64,000 nt of DNA from Octopus sinensis. Its lineage: Eukaryota. The notes under the pieces are model-generated. The model saw only the letters and a list, made by a program, of their open reading frames with translations, did no database searches and had not been told where the DNA came from. This document shows, in pieces, positions 1 through 9,998 of this stretch; within the stretch, counting starts at the first letter, position 1, and every line of letters begins with the position of its first letter. The stretch spans positions 43,772,001 through 43,836,000 of the forward strand of contig NC_043004.1 of the NCBI RefSeq assembly GCF_006345805.1, given 5' to 3'. A program made the translations under genes and the position numbers.

Positions 1-71
1 TATATGCACACACGCACACATATATAAGTATGTATGTGTGCGTTTGTATATATATATATATATATATACAT

Positions 72-472
72 TCTCTCTTTTACTTGTTTCAGTCATTTGA
101 CTGCGGACATGCTGGAGCACCGCCTTTAATCGAGCAACTCGACCCCAGGACTTATTCTTTTTGTAAGCCCAGTACTTATTCTATCGGTCTCTTTTGCCGA
201 ACCTCTAAGTAACGGGGACATAAACACACCAGCATCGGTTGTCAAGCAATGCCAGGGGGACAAACACAGACACACAAACACACACACGCGTATATATATA
301 CATATATACGACGGGCTTCTTTCAGTTTCCGTCTACCAAATCCACTCACAAGGCGTTGGTCGGCCCGAGGCTATAGTAGAAGACACTTGCCCAAGGTGCT
401 ACGCAGTGTGACTGAACCCGGAACCATGTGGCTGGTAAACAGGCTACTTACCACACAGCCACTACTGCGCCT
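72..472 (-). mobile_element. tRNA-derived SINE, family 1 (CORE-like centre, GTAAAAGA tail), full length
   Basis: The minus strand begins GGCGCAGTAGTGGCTGTGTGG (A box) and GGTTCAGTCAC (B box), then CACCTTGGGCAAGTGTCTT, an internal (TA)/(TG) tract and a ...GACTGAAACAAGTAAAAGAG tail. Near-identical copies occur at 27313, 48773 and 55148. Confidence 0.9.
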
Positions 473-499
473 ATATATATATATATATTATAGTATTAT

Positions 500-670
500 A
501 TAAATAATACTACAACTACTACTATTATGACAGCACAGGAATCTGAGAACCAACTATCACCCTCACCATTATCCCTACCCCTGCTACTGTTGCTGTTGCT
601 GCAACCACTGCTGCTAACACACATAAACCAATAATATCAGTGATATCAATGATGATAATAATAATAACAG
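500..670 (+). repeat. Degenerate compound triplet microsatellite (ACT/ACC/GCT/GAT/AAT)
   Basis: Visible runs of actact, gctgttgct and gatgataataataataac lead directly into the first R4 copy. Confidence 0.7.
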
Positions 671-1600
671 TGGAACGAAACGGGCGGAGCCTCCCCATAC
701 GTTATTTTATGACACATCTAGTGATGGAGTCACAATAAAAACGCTGATAATTGCGCAACCTGATAATCGCTACCTCATATGAGTGACAATGAAAAAACAA
801 AATAATGGTGGTAATGAAACAAAAGCCAATGATGGTAACAGTGTTACACCCGGTAGGCTCAGATATTCCGATCCGGATCCAGCCTCTCGATATCCAGAAA
901 GAGACCACCACACAAGGCGTAAGTGAAGCAAGCAAATTAATGCTGTGTTCATGGAGTGTTACTACTTGAGCAACCCGGTAGATGAAAATAGTACTCAGAT
1001 TAGGTGTTACCGACAACGTATGTATTATCCTCAGAGAGAAATGGGATTGTTTCAACTCGTGGAACAGAGGCTATATGACCAAGCTAGAGCAATAAGAGAA
1101 AATTGTTGTTTCACGGAAGTAGAGCTCGAAGATATCAAAAGACGAGTCATGGAAAATTGCAGCAGAGATAACAAGGAAAATGCAATAGCACAGGAAAGGA
1201 ACTTTGGTAGTATACTTGATGAGAGACAAATAGATGATCTAAAAGAAGACAATGAAACTAATGGCGTCATGACAGATGAACAAAAGGCAATCTACGACAG
1301 AATAAAGGAAAGTCTACAGGAGAATGATAGCGACATTATTTGCCACCTTAAAAAGGTTGATCGATGGAAATTGAAACAAGAAACGAAAAATGTCAATGAA
1401 ATTCTGAAATACATCAAAACAAACAACATCACACAAACAAATAATTTGATCAAGGCAGCAAGTATTGTTGTAGCAGAAAACGTGGGTGTCGATGTCAAGA
1501 ATAAGAAACATAATGGGAATGGCAAGAGAAAATATCCATGGTGGAAAATAAGAATCCAAGCAGGGTTAGAACGCTTGTGAAGGAAATCTTTGAGTTACAC
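670..1600 (+). mobile_element. R4/Dong retrotransposon copy A: 5' end and N-terminal ORF region, decayed
   Basis: ATG at 789 is in frame with 945-1580, with one premature TGA at 924 (RRK*SKQ, W expected). It encodes the R4-type N-terminal block (MECYY...QRLYDQARAI...ELEDIK) and KKVDRW...YPWWKIRI, closely similar to copy W at 34377-34666. Confidence 0.85.
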
Positions 1601-1950
1601 CGATCGAAAAAAGGGACCAAAAATTATTTGAGGATGATCCTTGGCTTACCATCCATGCAGGTAGTGCAAAAGATTGTCTGCACTGGTACGTCACACGTAT
1701 TAAGAAGAACATTGTCGTGAGAAAATTCTTTCTTTTTTCCACTTTATTTTCTTCGTTTTCTTTTCATTTTTTTTGTTTCCTTCTTTCCTTTTTCTCTCTG
1801 TCTTCCTTTCCCTTTTTTAATTATCACATGACTATAAATATGAATAATCTTGTGCATTTAATTTGATGGCCTACCAATGCATACAGTGAATTTCGTTTTT
1901 CAAGGTGTCAGGAAGACACTTGGTAAGAAATGGAAACAAAATTGAGAGAC
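1601..1950 (+). mobile_element. R4/Dong 3' end (copy A'): endonuclease C-terminus plus 3' UTR
   Basis: KGTKNYLRMILGLPSMQVVQKIVCTGTSHVLRRTLS* aligns with the C-terminus of copy C (4160-4276). The 3' UTR shares GTC-NGGAAGACAC-T-GG-AAGAAATGGAA with copy C. Confidence 0.85.
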
Positions 1951-2065
1951 AACAACAACAGCAACAACAACAACAACAATAATAATAATAATAATAATAT
2001 AATAATAATAATAATAATAATAAATAATAATAATAATAATAATAATATTAATAATAATAATAATA

Positions 2066-2097
<32 letters not shown>

Positions 2098-2141
2098 TAA
2101 TAATAATAATAATAATATTAATATAAATAATAATAATAATA
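1951..2141 (+). repeat. (AAC)n/(AAT)n microsatellite with AATAT interruptions
   Basis: Direct inspection; the tract follows the A' 3' UTR. Confidence 0.95.
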
Positions 2142-2701
2142 TTTTCCCTGATGCAGTACCAGGCAGTGGCTCTCATGGACCCTGATCTTAACTGATTGGA
2201 ACTGTTATCATGTACATTGTTTTGTCTTGGTATAAAAGATGGGCTACAGCAAATATTCTGCTTAATACCACAGATTTGCTCATACGTTGTTTAACCTTAA
2301 CCAGATGCGCATGTCCCTTAGTGACTGATGATATGTGCATCTCTGATCACGAGCATAAGTAGTGGGGGAGCATCATAGCCATGTGTTGAGAGGGGTTCTT
2401 AGAGGTTTGAATTATTCACCTCTGGAAACATGGCTGTTTCGTTCAACATCCTTAAACAACCCTTATTGAGGGACCTATTGAGCGGGATGGGTAACTCGAC
2501 CAGAAGAAAATTCTAACTGGGACCTACCTGCAAGGCGATGCACTTTTTATCTTGATATGAGATCACCATGTCACGCACATATGGTTGAGATTAATATGCC
2601 TGGTGTACCCTTATCAAACGGGTAGTCATGATGGGTATACTGGGCTTCGTATATTTTACCCCAGTGTCACTTTGATGGCATGCACTGATCTTTCACACAA
2701 C
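2142..2701. mobile_element. ~560-bp non-coding element embedded between (AAT)n tracts
   Basis: Complex sequence with sharp boundaries against AAT repeats on both sides. No RT homology or tRNA head was seen. There is a hairpin at 2637-2667 near the right end. Confidence 0.55.
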
Positions 2702-2739
<38 letters not shown>

Positions 2740-2746
2740 CAACAAC

Positions 2747-2830
<84 letters not shown>
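2702..2830 (+). repeat. (AAT)n with AAC variants
   Basis: Direct inspection. Confidence 0.95.
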
Positions 2831-2833
<3 letters not shown>

Positions 2834-3282
2834 CTGGGATATGGCAATACACACAGATAGAGAAGTTAAGGCCAACAGGCCAGATACAGTTGTCTGAGAT
2901 CGTGAAGAAAAAAATGCTTTCTAATTGACGTATCAATACCAGCAGATGACAACGTGTCTCTAAAAGAAATGGAGAAAATTTTAAAATACAAAGACATGGA
3001 AATAGAGGTAACTCGAATGGGGAATCTAAAAACAGAAACAATTCCTATCATAGTAGTCGCATTAGGTATGTTAAAAAAATATTCAGACAAATACATAGCA
3101 AAAACACCAGGATTTACAAACTCATATAACATGCAGAAAATTGCACTACTAGGCACCGCAGACATCCTACGCAACACACTTTCAAAACAGTAACCATCAG
3201 ATAATCACAACAAATCACATCACACACACAAGGCACACAGAGCTGCACTCGGTAGTGAAATGAAGTCACGCTATAAAAAACA
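2831..3282 (+). mobile_element. R4/Dong copy B, heavily 5'-truncated (endonuclease domain + 3' UTR)
   Basis: Reads (I)LWDMAIHTDREVKANRPDTVV*DREEKKCFLIDVSIP...KYKDMEIE...QKIALLGTADILRNTLSKQ*, with the PD..D..K endonuclease motif and one stop. Confidence 0.9.
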
Positions 3283-3330
3283 AATAATAATAATAATAAT
3301 AATGATAATAATAATAATAATAATAATAAT
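3283..3330 (+). repeat. (AAT)n
   Basis: Direct inspection. Confidence 0.95.
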
Positions 3331-4414
3331 AGTGGAACATCACGAGAGACGAAAGAAGCTTCATTCTATCATAAAGGAAAGCAAAAAATTTGCTATTGAT
3401 CTCGTGCAGGATACCCAAACTGAACAACCCGAGGGAAGTACGGCAACTATTGTTGCAAAGAAGGTGAAAATGATGGCAATGAAAAAAGCGCACGAGCAAT
3501 TGGCTGATAGGTGGGAGGAGAAACCTCTGCACGGCAAATATGTGACCCGCTGCAAACAAGCTGATGTTGACCAGAAGCAAACCCATCAGTGGCTACGGAG
3601 CTCAGGGCTAAAAGCAGAGAGCGAAGGTTTCATCCTGGCTGCTCAAGATCAAAGCCTATTAACCCGGAACTACCAGGCCAATGTGATGAAAAATGGAGCA
3701 GACCCAAAATGCCGATTCTGCAACGACATGATTGAAACAGTGGACCACCTAATCTCTGGATATAAAGTCTTAGCACTAGTGGAGTATAAATTAAGACATG
3801 ACAGAGTTGGCCAATATCTCCACTTGCTAATAAGTCGGCATTACAATATCAAAACTGCTGACAAGTGGTATAATCACCACCCTGAGGCTGTAACTGAAGG
3901 AGAAAATGTAACCATTCTGTGGGACTTTCCAGTACATACAGACCGAACCATCAAGGCCAATAAACCAGATATTGTTGTGAAAGACCAAAACAATAAAGTT
4001 TGCTTATTGATCGACATGAGCATCCCCTGTGATCATAATATCTCAGCGAAAGAGTTTGACAAGCTCAGAAAATATAAAGACCTACTCATTGAAATTGAGA
4101 AGATGTGGCATCTCAAGGCGGTTACAATACCAGTGATCGTAGGAGCACTAGGAATGATCAAGAAGGGAACCGAAAATTATATGAGAATGATCCCTGGCTT
4201 CCCATCCCTGCAAGAAGTGCAAAAGATTGTATTAACTGGTACATCACACGTATTGAGAAGAGCATTGTCGATGTGAGAACTGTTGCTGCTCATGTATTTT
4301 AATTTAACTTTAAAAAAAAAGAAATATGAACGAACTACTGAGTTTGGTTTGCCCTAGGAGTCGGGAAGACACTAGGCAAGAAATGGAAGCAAATTTGAAA
4401 GAAGAGAAAAAAAG
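3331..4414 (+). mobile_element. R4/Dong copy C, 5'-truncated, reading frame open to stop at 4276
   Basis: EEKPLHGKY, WLRSSGLKAESEGFILAAQDQ, CRFCNDMIETVDHLISG (final Cys replaced by Tyr), RHDRVG, NKPDIVV, LIDMSIP, KYKDL. The 3' UTR ends in the TAA tract. Confidence 0.92.

Positions 4415-4480
<66 letters not shown>
4415..4480 (+). repeat. (TAA)n
   Basis: Direct inspection; separates copy C from copy D. Confidence 0.95.
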
Positions 4481-7400
4481 GAGAGAGCTCCGGGCTGAAT
4501 AACAACATGGATGTTCCCTGGGAGCCTCTCTCCAAAAAACGAATTTAATCCAACAACATCGTTACAATGGAAGAAAGGTTCCACAAAATATATTTTCCAA
4601 ATTTTCTTTTAAGGCAAAGTAACTAAAAAGTCCGAACTATTATTGCCATATATAGTATGGTTTTCTTTCTTTTATGCATAATATTTCCATGTGACATGCA
4701 TAAGAAATAGAAGCGAACATCAGAGCTCTTGAAAGACAGGTAAGTACATAAATTGATTAATTAATTAATTAATTAAATAAGTATACATGCAACTGTTTAT
4801 GCATACATGTACACATTTTAATTATAATGTGTACATGCAACTGTTTGTGCATACATGTACACATTTTAATTATAAAGCATAAATAATGCTTACACGCGCT
4901 CACACGTACACACAGAAAGAAAAACCACGTTACGCGGACGAAAACAAAACAAAAACAAAGCGATTTTTCACGAACAAACGCAAAAAAGAGAAAATTGGTC
5001 ACTGAATTTAGAAAGTCACTACACAGTTATGCCCGGAAACATGACTACCAAAAGAAATAGAGGTGAATTTCGATCTGTAAGTCTTATGCGAGTTCGATAT
5101 GAACAATATATTAATTCGGAGAATTCAGAAGCGGTGTTTTGTCAAAAAATTGACCCTGTCACCGTCACAGAAGCGGCGTCTTGTCAAAAAGTTGACTCTG
5201 AAAAAATGGACCCCTCTGATGTCGCCGTCAATCATTTAATGAAAACAAGCCAAAAATCATGCCGGATCGGTCATCGCCCGGGACAACAAGGACCGCGTTA
5301 CCCAGTAGGGAACCAGACTGGGATCGAAAAGTTTGCTGCTGGAACAAACTCTCAAAAAGACGATCTACCAGGTGACCAGAACCAGAATACTTCTAACTCT
5401 GGACTTGTAGTGACACCACCAAAAACACCACCTAAAGCAAAACGTATAAAATGGACCAGAGAGGACTATAGAGATGTGTTGAAAGCTTTTTATACAGCCC
5501 AACTAAACCCAAACAATAACCTCAGTGTACAAACATACATCTCATGGAGAAATTCAGTAGGCAATGACGTACGTAGATATATAGACTCAAATAAATTAAG
5601 TAATGTACGCAGAGATATAATTAAAAACAAAAGACTAACTGACGCTGAAATTGACAAAATTAGGACACTAATAGCTCATGGTAGACCAAAAGAAAACAGC
5701 AACAATGTAGACGAAATAGGTAACAGTAGCACAGAAGCCAGTGTACAAGCGGCAAATCAACTTCCCAATGGGGAAGTTAAACAAAGAATAGCGAAGACGA
5801 GAGATTTGAAAAAAGAGGAGAACGTAGACCTTCCTCAAGAAAACCAAAATAGATATGACATAGAATTTGAGGTGAATAATAGAGAAAAGATTATGGAAGC
5901 AAAAGTGGATATTATGAGAGAACTCGGCAAGATTGAGCTCACTGACATGGTTAATAGAGAACCACTACCAAAGTTTTCAAATGGCACAAGAAATAACAAC
6001 ACAATCATGACATATAACGTTGCCCTAGGACAGATCTTAAGAAATAAGGGGAATGATTTGACAACCTTAAATAATCTCATTTATTCCACTGCTAAAGTAG
6101 TAACTACCCAACTAGGTATTAAGATGACAAAGAAAAAGGCCAGGCATGTCAATGAACCTCCTAAGTGGAAAGTAGCGATACAAAAAGAGATTGAATCTCT
6201 GCGGACGGATGTTTCAGTTCTCGATGAGCTTGCTAGAGGAGTGAATATTAAGCCGAGAAAAGCTAGAAAAATCAAGCAAAAATATAAAATCAAAGATCTC
6301 ATAAACCTCCCTGCAACTAAGGAACTGTTGAAACAACGGATACAGTTGAAAGCTCAACGGCTTAGAAGGTATGACAAAAGAAACAAATTTTATCGACAAA
6401 ATAAATTTTTTAAGACAGATGCAAAGAAATTTTATAGGGAAATTGGCAAAAATAAAATACACATAGAAGATCCACCTAAGATTGAGGAAGTGGAGGAGTT
6501 CTGGAAGAAGGTATGGAGCAACGAAAAAGAGTTTAATGCTGAGGCTGACTGGATAGAACGTGAGAAAGAGAGACTGGATGAACTTGAAGAACAGAAATGG
6601 GAAGCAATAGGAATAGAGGAGCTAAGGTGTGTCCTTAGGAAGGCTCATAAATGGAAAACCCCAGGACTGGATCGGATCCCTAACTTCTGGCTGAATTGTT
6701 TGACAGGGGTACACGAACATCTCGCTGCATCTCTGTCTGATGTCATTCAGAACCCAGAGCAAATACCTGCTTGGCTGACTGAAGGAACCACCTACCTATT
6801 ACCTAAAACCGAAGACACAAAAAACCCAAAGAATTACCGACCAATAACATGTCTCAACACCACCTACAAAATCCTCACATCCATAATAACGGAGAGAATG
6901 TACGCTTTCCTTGAACAAAATTCTATCCTTCCACAAGCTCAAAAAGGTTGTAAAAGAAACTCTTATGGGTGCAAAGACCAATTGCTCATAAACAGAATGA
7001 TTGTAGATAATTGCCGGAGCAAAAACAAAAACCTGAGTATGGCATGGATAGACTACAGGAAAGCGTATGACAGTGTCCCACATAAATGGATACTCAAGGC
7101 CCTTGAGATATACAAGATCTCCCCTGTCGTCTCAAAATTCTTAGAGAATAGCATAACCATGTGGAACACACGTCTCTTTCTAAGCCATAGTAATGGGATG
7201 AGCCAGTCCAACAGCATCAACATCAAACGAGGCATCTTTCAAGGTGACTCCCTCTCTCCATTACTTTTTTGCATGGCACTGATCCCACTCTCAAACGAAT
7301 TGGATAGTGCCAGATATGGGTACAAAGTTTTTAGCAAGTTAATAAACCACCTTTTTTATATGGACGATCTAAAGCTGTTTGCCAAGAATGACCAAGAGCT

Positions 7401-9067
7401 AGAAGGGCTGCTAACAACTGTTAAAGAGTTTAGCAATGATATCGGAATGGATTTTGGCCTTGATAAGTGTGCTAAAGCAACTTTTGTAAGAGGCAAGCTC
7501 AGGCAAACAGCTGCTGTTAAATTAGATATTGACACTACCATCAAGGAACTTGACCCACAAGAAAGTTACAAATACCTAGGAATCAACGAAGGAGATGGTA
7601 TACATCATGCTACTATGAAGGAAAAAATAAGAAAGGAGTACTATAGGAGAATAAGGCTTGTACTGAAGACTGAACTCAACTCCAAAAATTGCATTGAGGC
7701 CATTAACACCCTGGCACTTCCAGTAGTCCAGTACAGTCTTAACATCATTAACTGGAACCTTACGGAACTCCAACGCTTGGACAGGAAGACAAGAAAGTTA
7801 CTGACATCCAGGAGCATGCACCACCCTAAGGCAGATGTAGACCGCTTGTACCTACCTAGAAACAGCGGGGGGAGAGGAATGATGCAATTGGAGCTGTGCT
7901 ATAAGACCTCTACTGTAGGAATGAACAGGTACCTATCTAGTACAAAAGACTGGATGCTGCGACTTGTGTGTGAACACGAAAGCAGCAAAAAGCTGCATTC
8001 TATTGTCAAGGAAGCTTATAAGTTCGAAAGGGAACTAGGCATTAACCTTGAATCAGGTGAAGAGCCAGAAACCACTGCTACCAAGCAAGCAAAGCGAATC
8101 AGGCAGACTGCAAAAAAGAATGGGCAGAATCAAATTGAGAGGCGGTGGAGCCAGAAGCCCCTGCATGGACAATACATTCTCCGAAGCCAAAATGCTGATG
8201 TAGACCAAGCAACAACCCATCAGTGGCTGAAGAGTTCTGGATTGAAAGCAGAGACTGAAGGCTTCATAATGGCAGCACAAGATCAAAGCTTGTTTACCAG
8301 AAATTACCAGGCTAACGTTCTCCGAAACGGTACTGACCCTAAATGCAGATTCTGTGACACATTTGACGAAACAATAGACCATCTCGTTTCGGGATGTCCT
8401 GTGCTGACACCAAACGAATACAAAAATCGCCACGATAGGGTAGGACAGTATATACATTGGAAGATATGTAAACACTACAAATCCGACACTCCTGCTAACT
8501 GGTATGAACACCATCCTCAGCCAGTTGTTGAAGGTAAAGATGTCACCATTCTCTGGGATTTTCCAGTCAACACTGACAGAACGATCAAGGCTAATCGACC
8601 AGACATAATTGTTAAAGACAGGGAAGAAAATACCTGCAGACTAATAGAAGTAAGCGTTCCCACTGATAAAAATGTATCTGTCAAGGAATTTGACAAACTT
8701 AGTAAATATAAGGACCTGGAAATCGAAATACAGAGGATGTGGAATCTTAAAACAAAAACTGTTCCTGTTATTGTAGGTGCCCTAGGTATGATTAAAAAAG
8801 GATGTCAGAAACACCTAGACAATATCCCTAGAAAACCATGTCTCAAGGAAATCCAAAAGATTGTGCTAACAAGTACTGCCCACATCCTTAGAAAAACCCT
8901 ATCAATGTAAATGTTTGTGTTTGTATTACATGGAGATATTTCTCTACTTCCCCTCCCCAAGCTTTCAGCTATATTTCAACAACTCTTAACCTTCACTTGC
9001 CCTAGGGCGCTGGGTGTGCCCCGGCAGGTGATTGCATCACACATGCAGATTAAAAGTAAATGACAAT
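4481..9067 (+). mobile_element. R4/Dong-clade non-LTR retrotransposon copy D, apparently full length (~4.6 kb)
   Basis: Bounded by (TAA)n on both sides. It has a ~550-nt 5' region starting with a hairpin, a single intact ORF and a ~157-nt 3' UTR. Confidence 0.92.
5029..8910 (+). CDS. Reverse transcriptase / CCHC zinc knuckle / restriction-like endonuclease polyprotein (R4/Dong clade), 1293 aa
   Basis: RT motifs WKTPGLD, NYRPITCL, QKGCKR, WIDYRKAYDSVPH, GIFQGDSLSPLLF, YMDDLKL, GLDKC and YKYLGI. CX2CX8HX4C (CRFCDTFDETIDHLVSGC). RLE residues RHD, RPDII, LIEVS, KYKDL. N-terminal KWT..W helical block. The true start codon is uncertain. Confidence 0.95.
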   Translation: MPGNMTTKRNRGEFRSVSLMRVRYEQYINSENSEAVFCQKIDPVTVTEAASCQKVDSEKMDPSDVAVNHLMKTSQKSCRIGHRPGQQGPRYPVGNQTGIEKFAAGTNSQKDDLPGDQNQNTSNSGLVVTPPKTPPKAKRIKWTREDYRDVLKAFYTAQLNPNNNLSVQTYISWRNSVGNDVRRYIDSNKLSNVRRDIIKNKRLTDAEIDKIRTLIAHGRPKENSNNVDEIGNSSTEASVQAANQLPNGEVKQRIAKTRDLKKEENVDLPQENQNRYDIEFEVNNREKIMEAKVDIMRELGKIELTDMVNREPLPKFSNGTRNNNTIMTYNVALGQILRNKGNDLTTLNNLIYSTAKVVTTQLGIKMTKKKARHVNEPPKWKVAIQKEIESLRTDVSVLDELARGVNIKPRKARKIKQKYKIKDLINLPATKELLKQRIQLKAQRLRRYDKRNKFYRQNKFFKTDAKKFYREIGKNKIHIEDPPKIEEVEEFWKKVWSNEKEFNAEADWIEREKERLDELEEQKWEAIGIEELRCVLRKAHKWKTPGLDRIPNFWLNCLTGVHEHLAASLSDVIQNPEQIPAWLTEGTTYLLPKTEDTKNPKNYRPITCLNTTYKILTSIITERMYAFLEQNSILPQAQKGCKRNSYGCKDQLLINRMIVDNCRSKNKNLSMAWIDYRKAYDSVPHKWILKALEIYKISPVVSKFLENSITMWNTRLFLSHSNGMSQSNSINIKRGIFQGDSLSPLLFCMALIPLSNELDSARYGYKVFSKLINHLFYMDDLKLFAKNDQELEGLLTTVKEFSNDIGMDFGLDKCAKATFVRGKLRQTAAVKLDIDTTIKELDPQESYKYLGINEGDGIHHATMKEKIRKEYYRRIRLVLKTELNSKNCIEAINTLALPVVQYSLNIINWNLTELQRLDRKTRKLLTSRSMHHPKADVDRLYLPRNSGGRGMMQLELCYKTSTVGMNRYLSSTKDWMLRLVCEHESSKKLHSIVKEAYKFERELGINLESGEEPETTATKQAKRIRQTAKKNGQNQIERRWSQKPLHGQYILRSQNADVDQATTHQWLKSSGLKAETEGFIMAAQDQSLFTRNYQANVLRNGTDPKCRFCDTFDETIDHLVSGCPVLTPNEYKNRHDRVGQYIHWKICKHYKSDTPANWYEHHPQPVVEGKDVTILWDFPVNTDRTIKANRPDIIVKDREENTCRLIEVSVPTDKNVSVKEFDKLSKYKDLEIEIQRMWNLKTKTVPVIVGALGMIKKGCQKHLDNIPRKPCLKEIQKIVLTSTAHILRKTLSM

Positions 9068-9068
9068 G

Positions 9069-9120
<52 letters not shown>
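9068..9120 (+). repeat. (AAT)n
   Basis: Direct inspection; 3' flank of copy D. Confidence 0.95.
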
Positions 9121-9122
<2 letters not shown>

Positions 9123-9399
9123 GCATGTACCGCAAATCAGGCCTTAGTGGTATTTGAACTCATAATGCAAAGACAATGCTTTGTGGCATTTTGTCCGGTG
9201 TACCTAGGTCACCTGTAGTTATCCCAAAGTTTGACACTATTGGATAGCATTAAATTGTAAAGAACCTTGTCCATTCCAACATGATGACCAATAAAATAAT
9301 TTATCTAGATGCAGTTTACATGACCTGATAAGGTCAACAACAGGTTGGGAAAATCCAAATAATAATTTTCATACAGCTTGAAAAGTTTAAGTAGGTTTA

Positions 9400-9760
9400 T
9401 GAGGCAGGTACCAAGCTCCCTCCCATCCACCAAATGCATACAGACGTAGTGCACATTTAATATACTGCTTCAGTTTCCCAGTAGCTCTAGAAAACGATAT
9501 CGTACCAGGATGAATCTTCAACCATGAAACTAGGCGCTCTGCAATTATCGGAGTGTAGACATTTACTACTTGGAAGGTACCGTTTCCGCTTCTTTTCACA
9601 TCTGGCACTTAACATTTGTGGACAAGACGATAGATTGATTGTCGAATCCAGACTTGTTTTCCAAACACAGTATCATCCCTGTCTTCCTAACTCCTCGAGC
9701 ACTGAGGAAAGTAGTATGAATATGGACCAAAATGATGTCGACATCGCTTAGTACCTTATA
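9400..9760 (-). pseudogene. Decayed APE-type endonuclease fragment, L1/Tx1-like LINE
   Basis: The minus-strand frame DVKRSGNGTFQVVNVYTP...AER resembles the APE 'F.L..VYAP' block. Many lesions. Confidence 0.4.
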
Positions 9761-9998
9761 TTATGGCAAATTAAAGTCCGGGCGCACAATTAGCTTGAAC
9801 ACGAAAGGTCGAATATATTTCAACGCTGTAAATATTCTGCCTATTCGACATGAGAATGAAAGTAAAAGTACACAACTAAATGTCAGGAGTTGCAATGGAA
9901 AGAAAATATGTTTAGTAACTGGATATACCACGCATACGTTCACATTTACATATGTATGTATGGATGGTGAGTGTGTTTTATATAATTATATATATATA

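Noticed and set aside
2326-2360. CTGATGA inside the 560-bp TAA-embedded element
   Set aside because: No GAAA follows a pairable stem.
3260-3330. Start of the 338-aa ORF (MKSRYKKQIIII...)
   Set aside because: This is read-through of copy B's 3' UTR and the AAT repeat into truncated copy C, not a real N-terminus.
4481-4560. HDV-like ribozyme at the 5' end of copy D
   Set aside because: After the candidate P1 3' strand there is no GG for P1.1, and I could not build P2, P3 or J4/2. Only a simple hairpin is supported.
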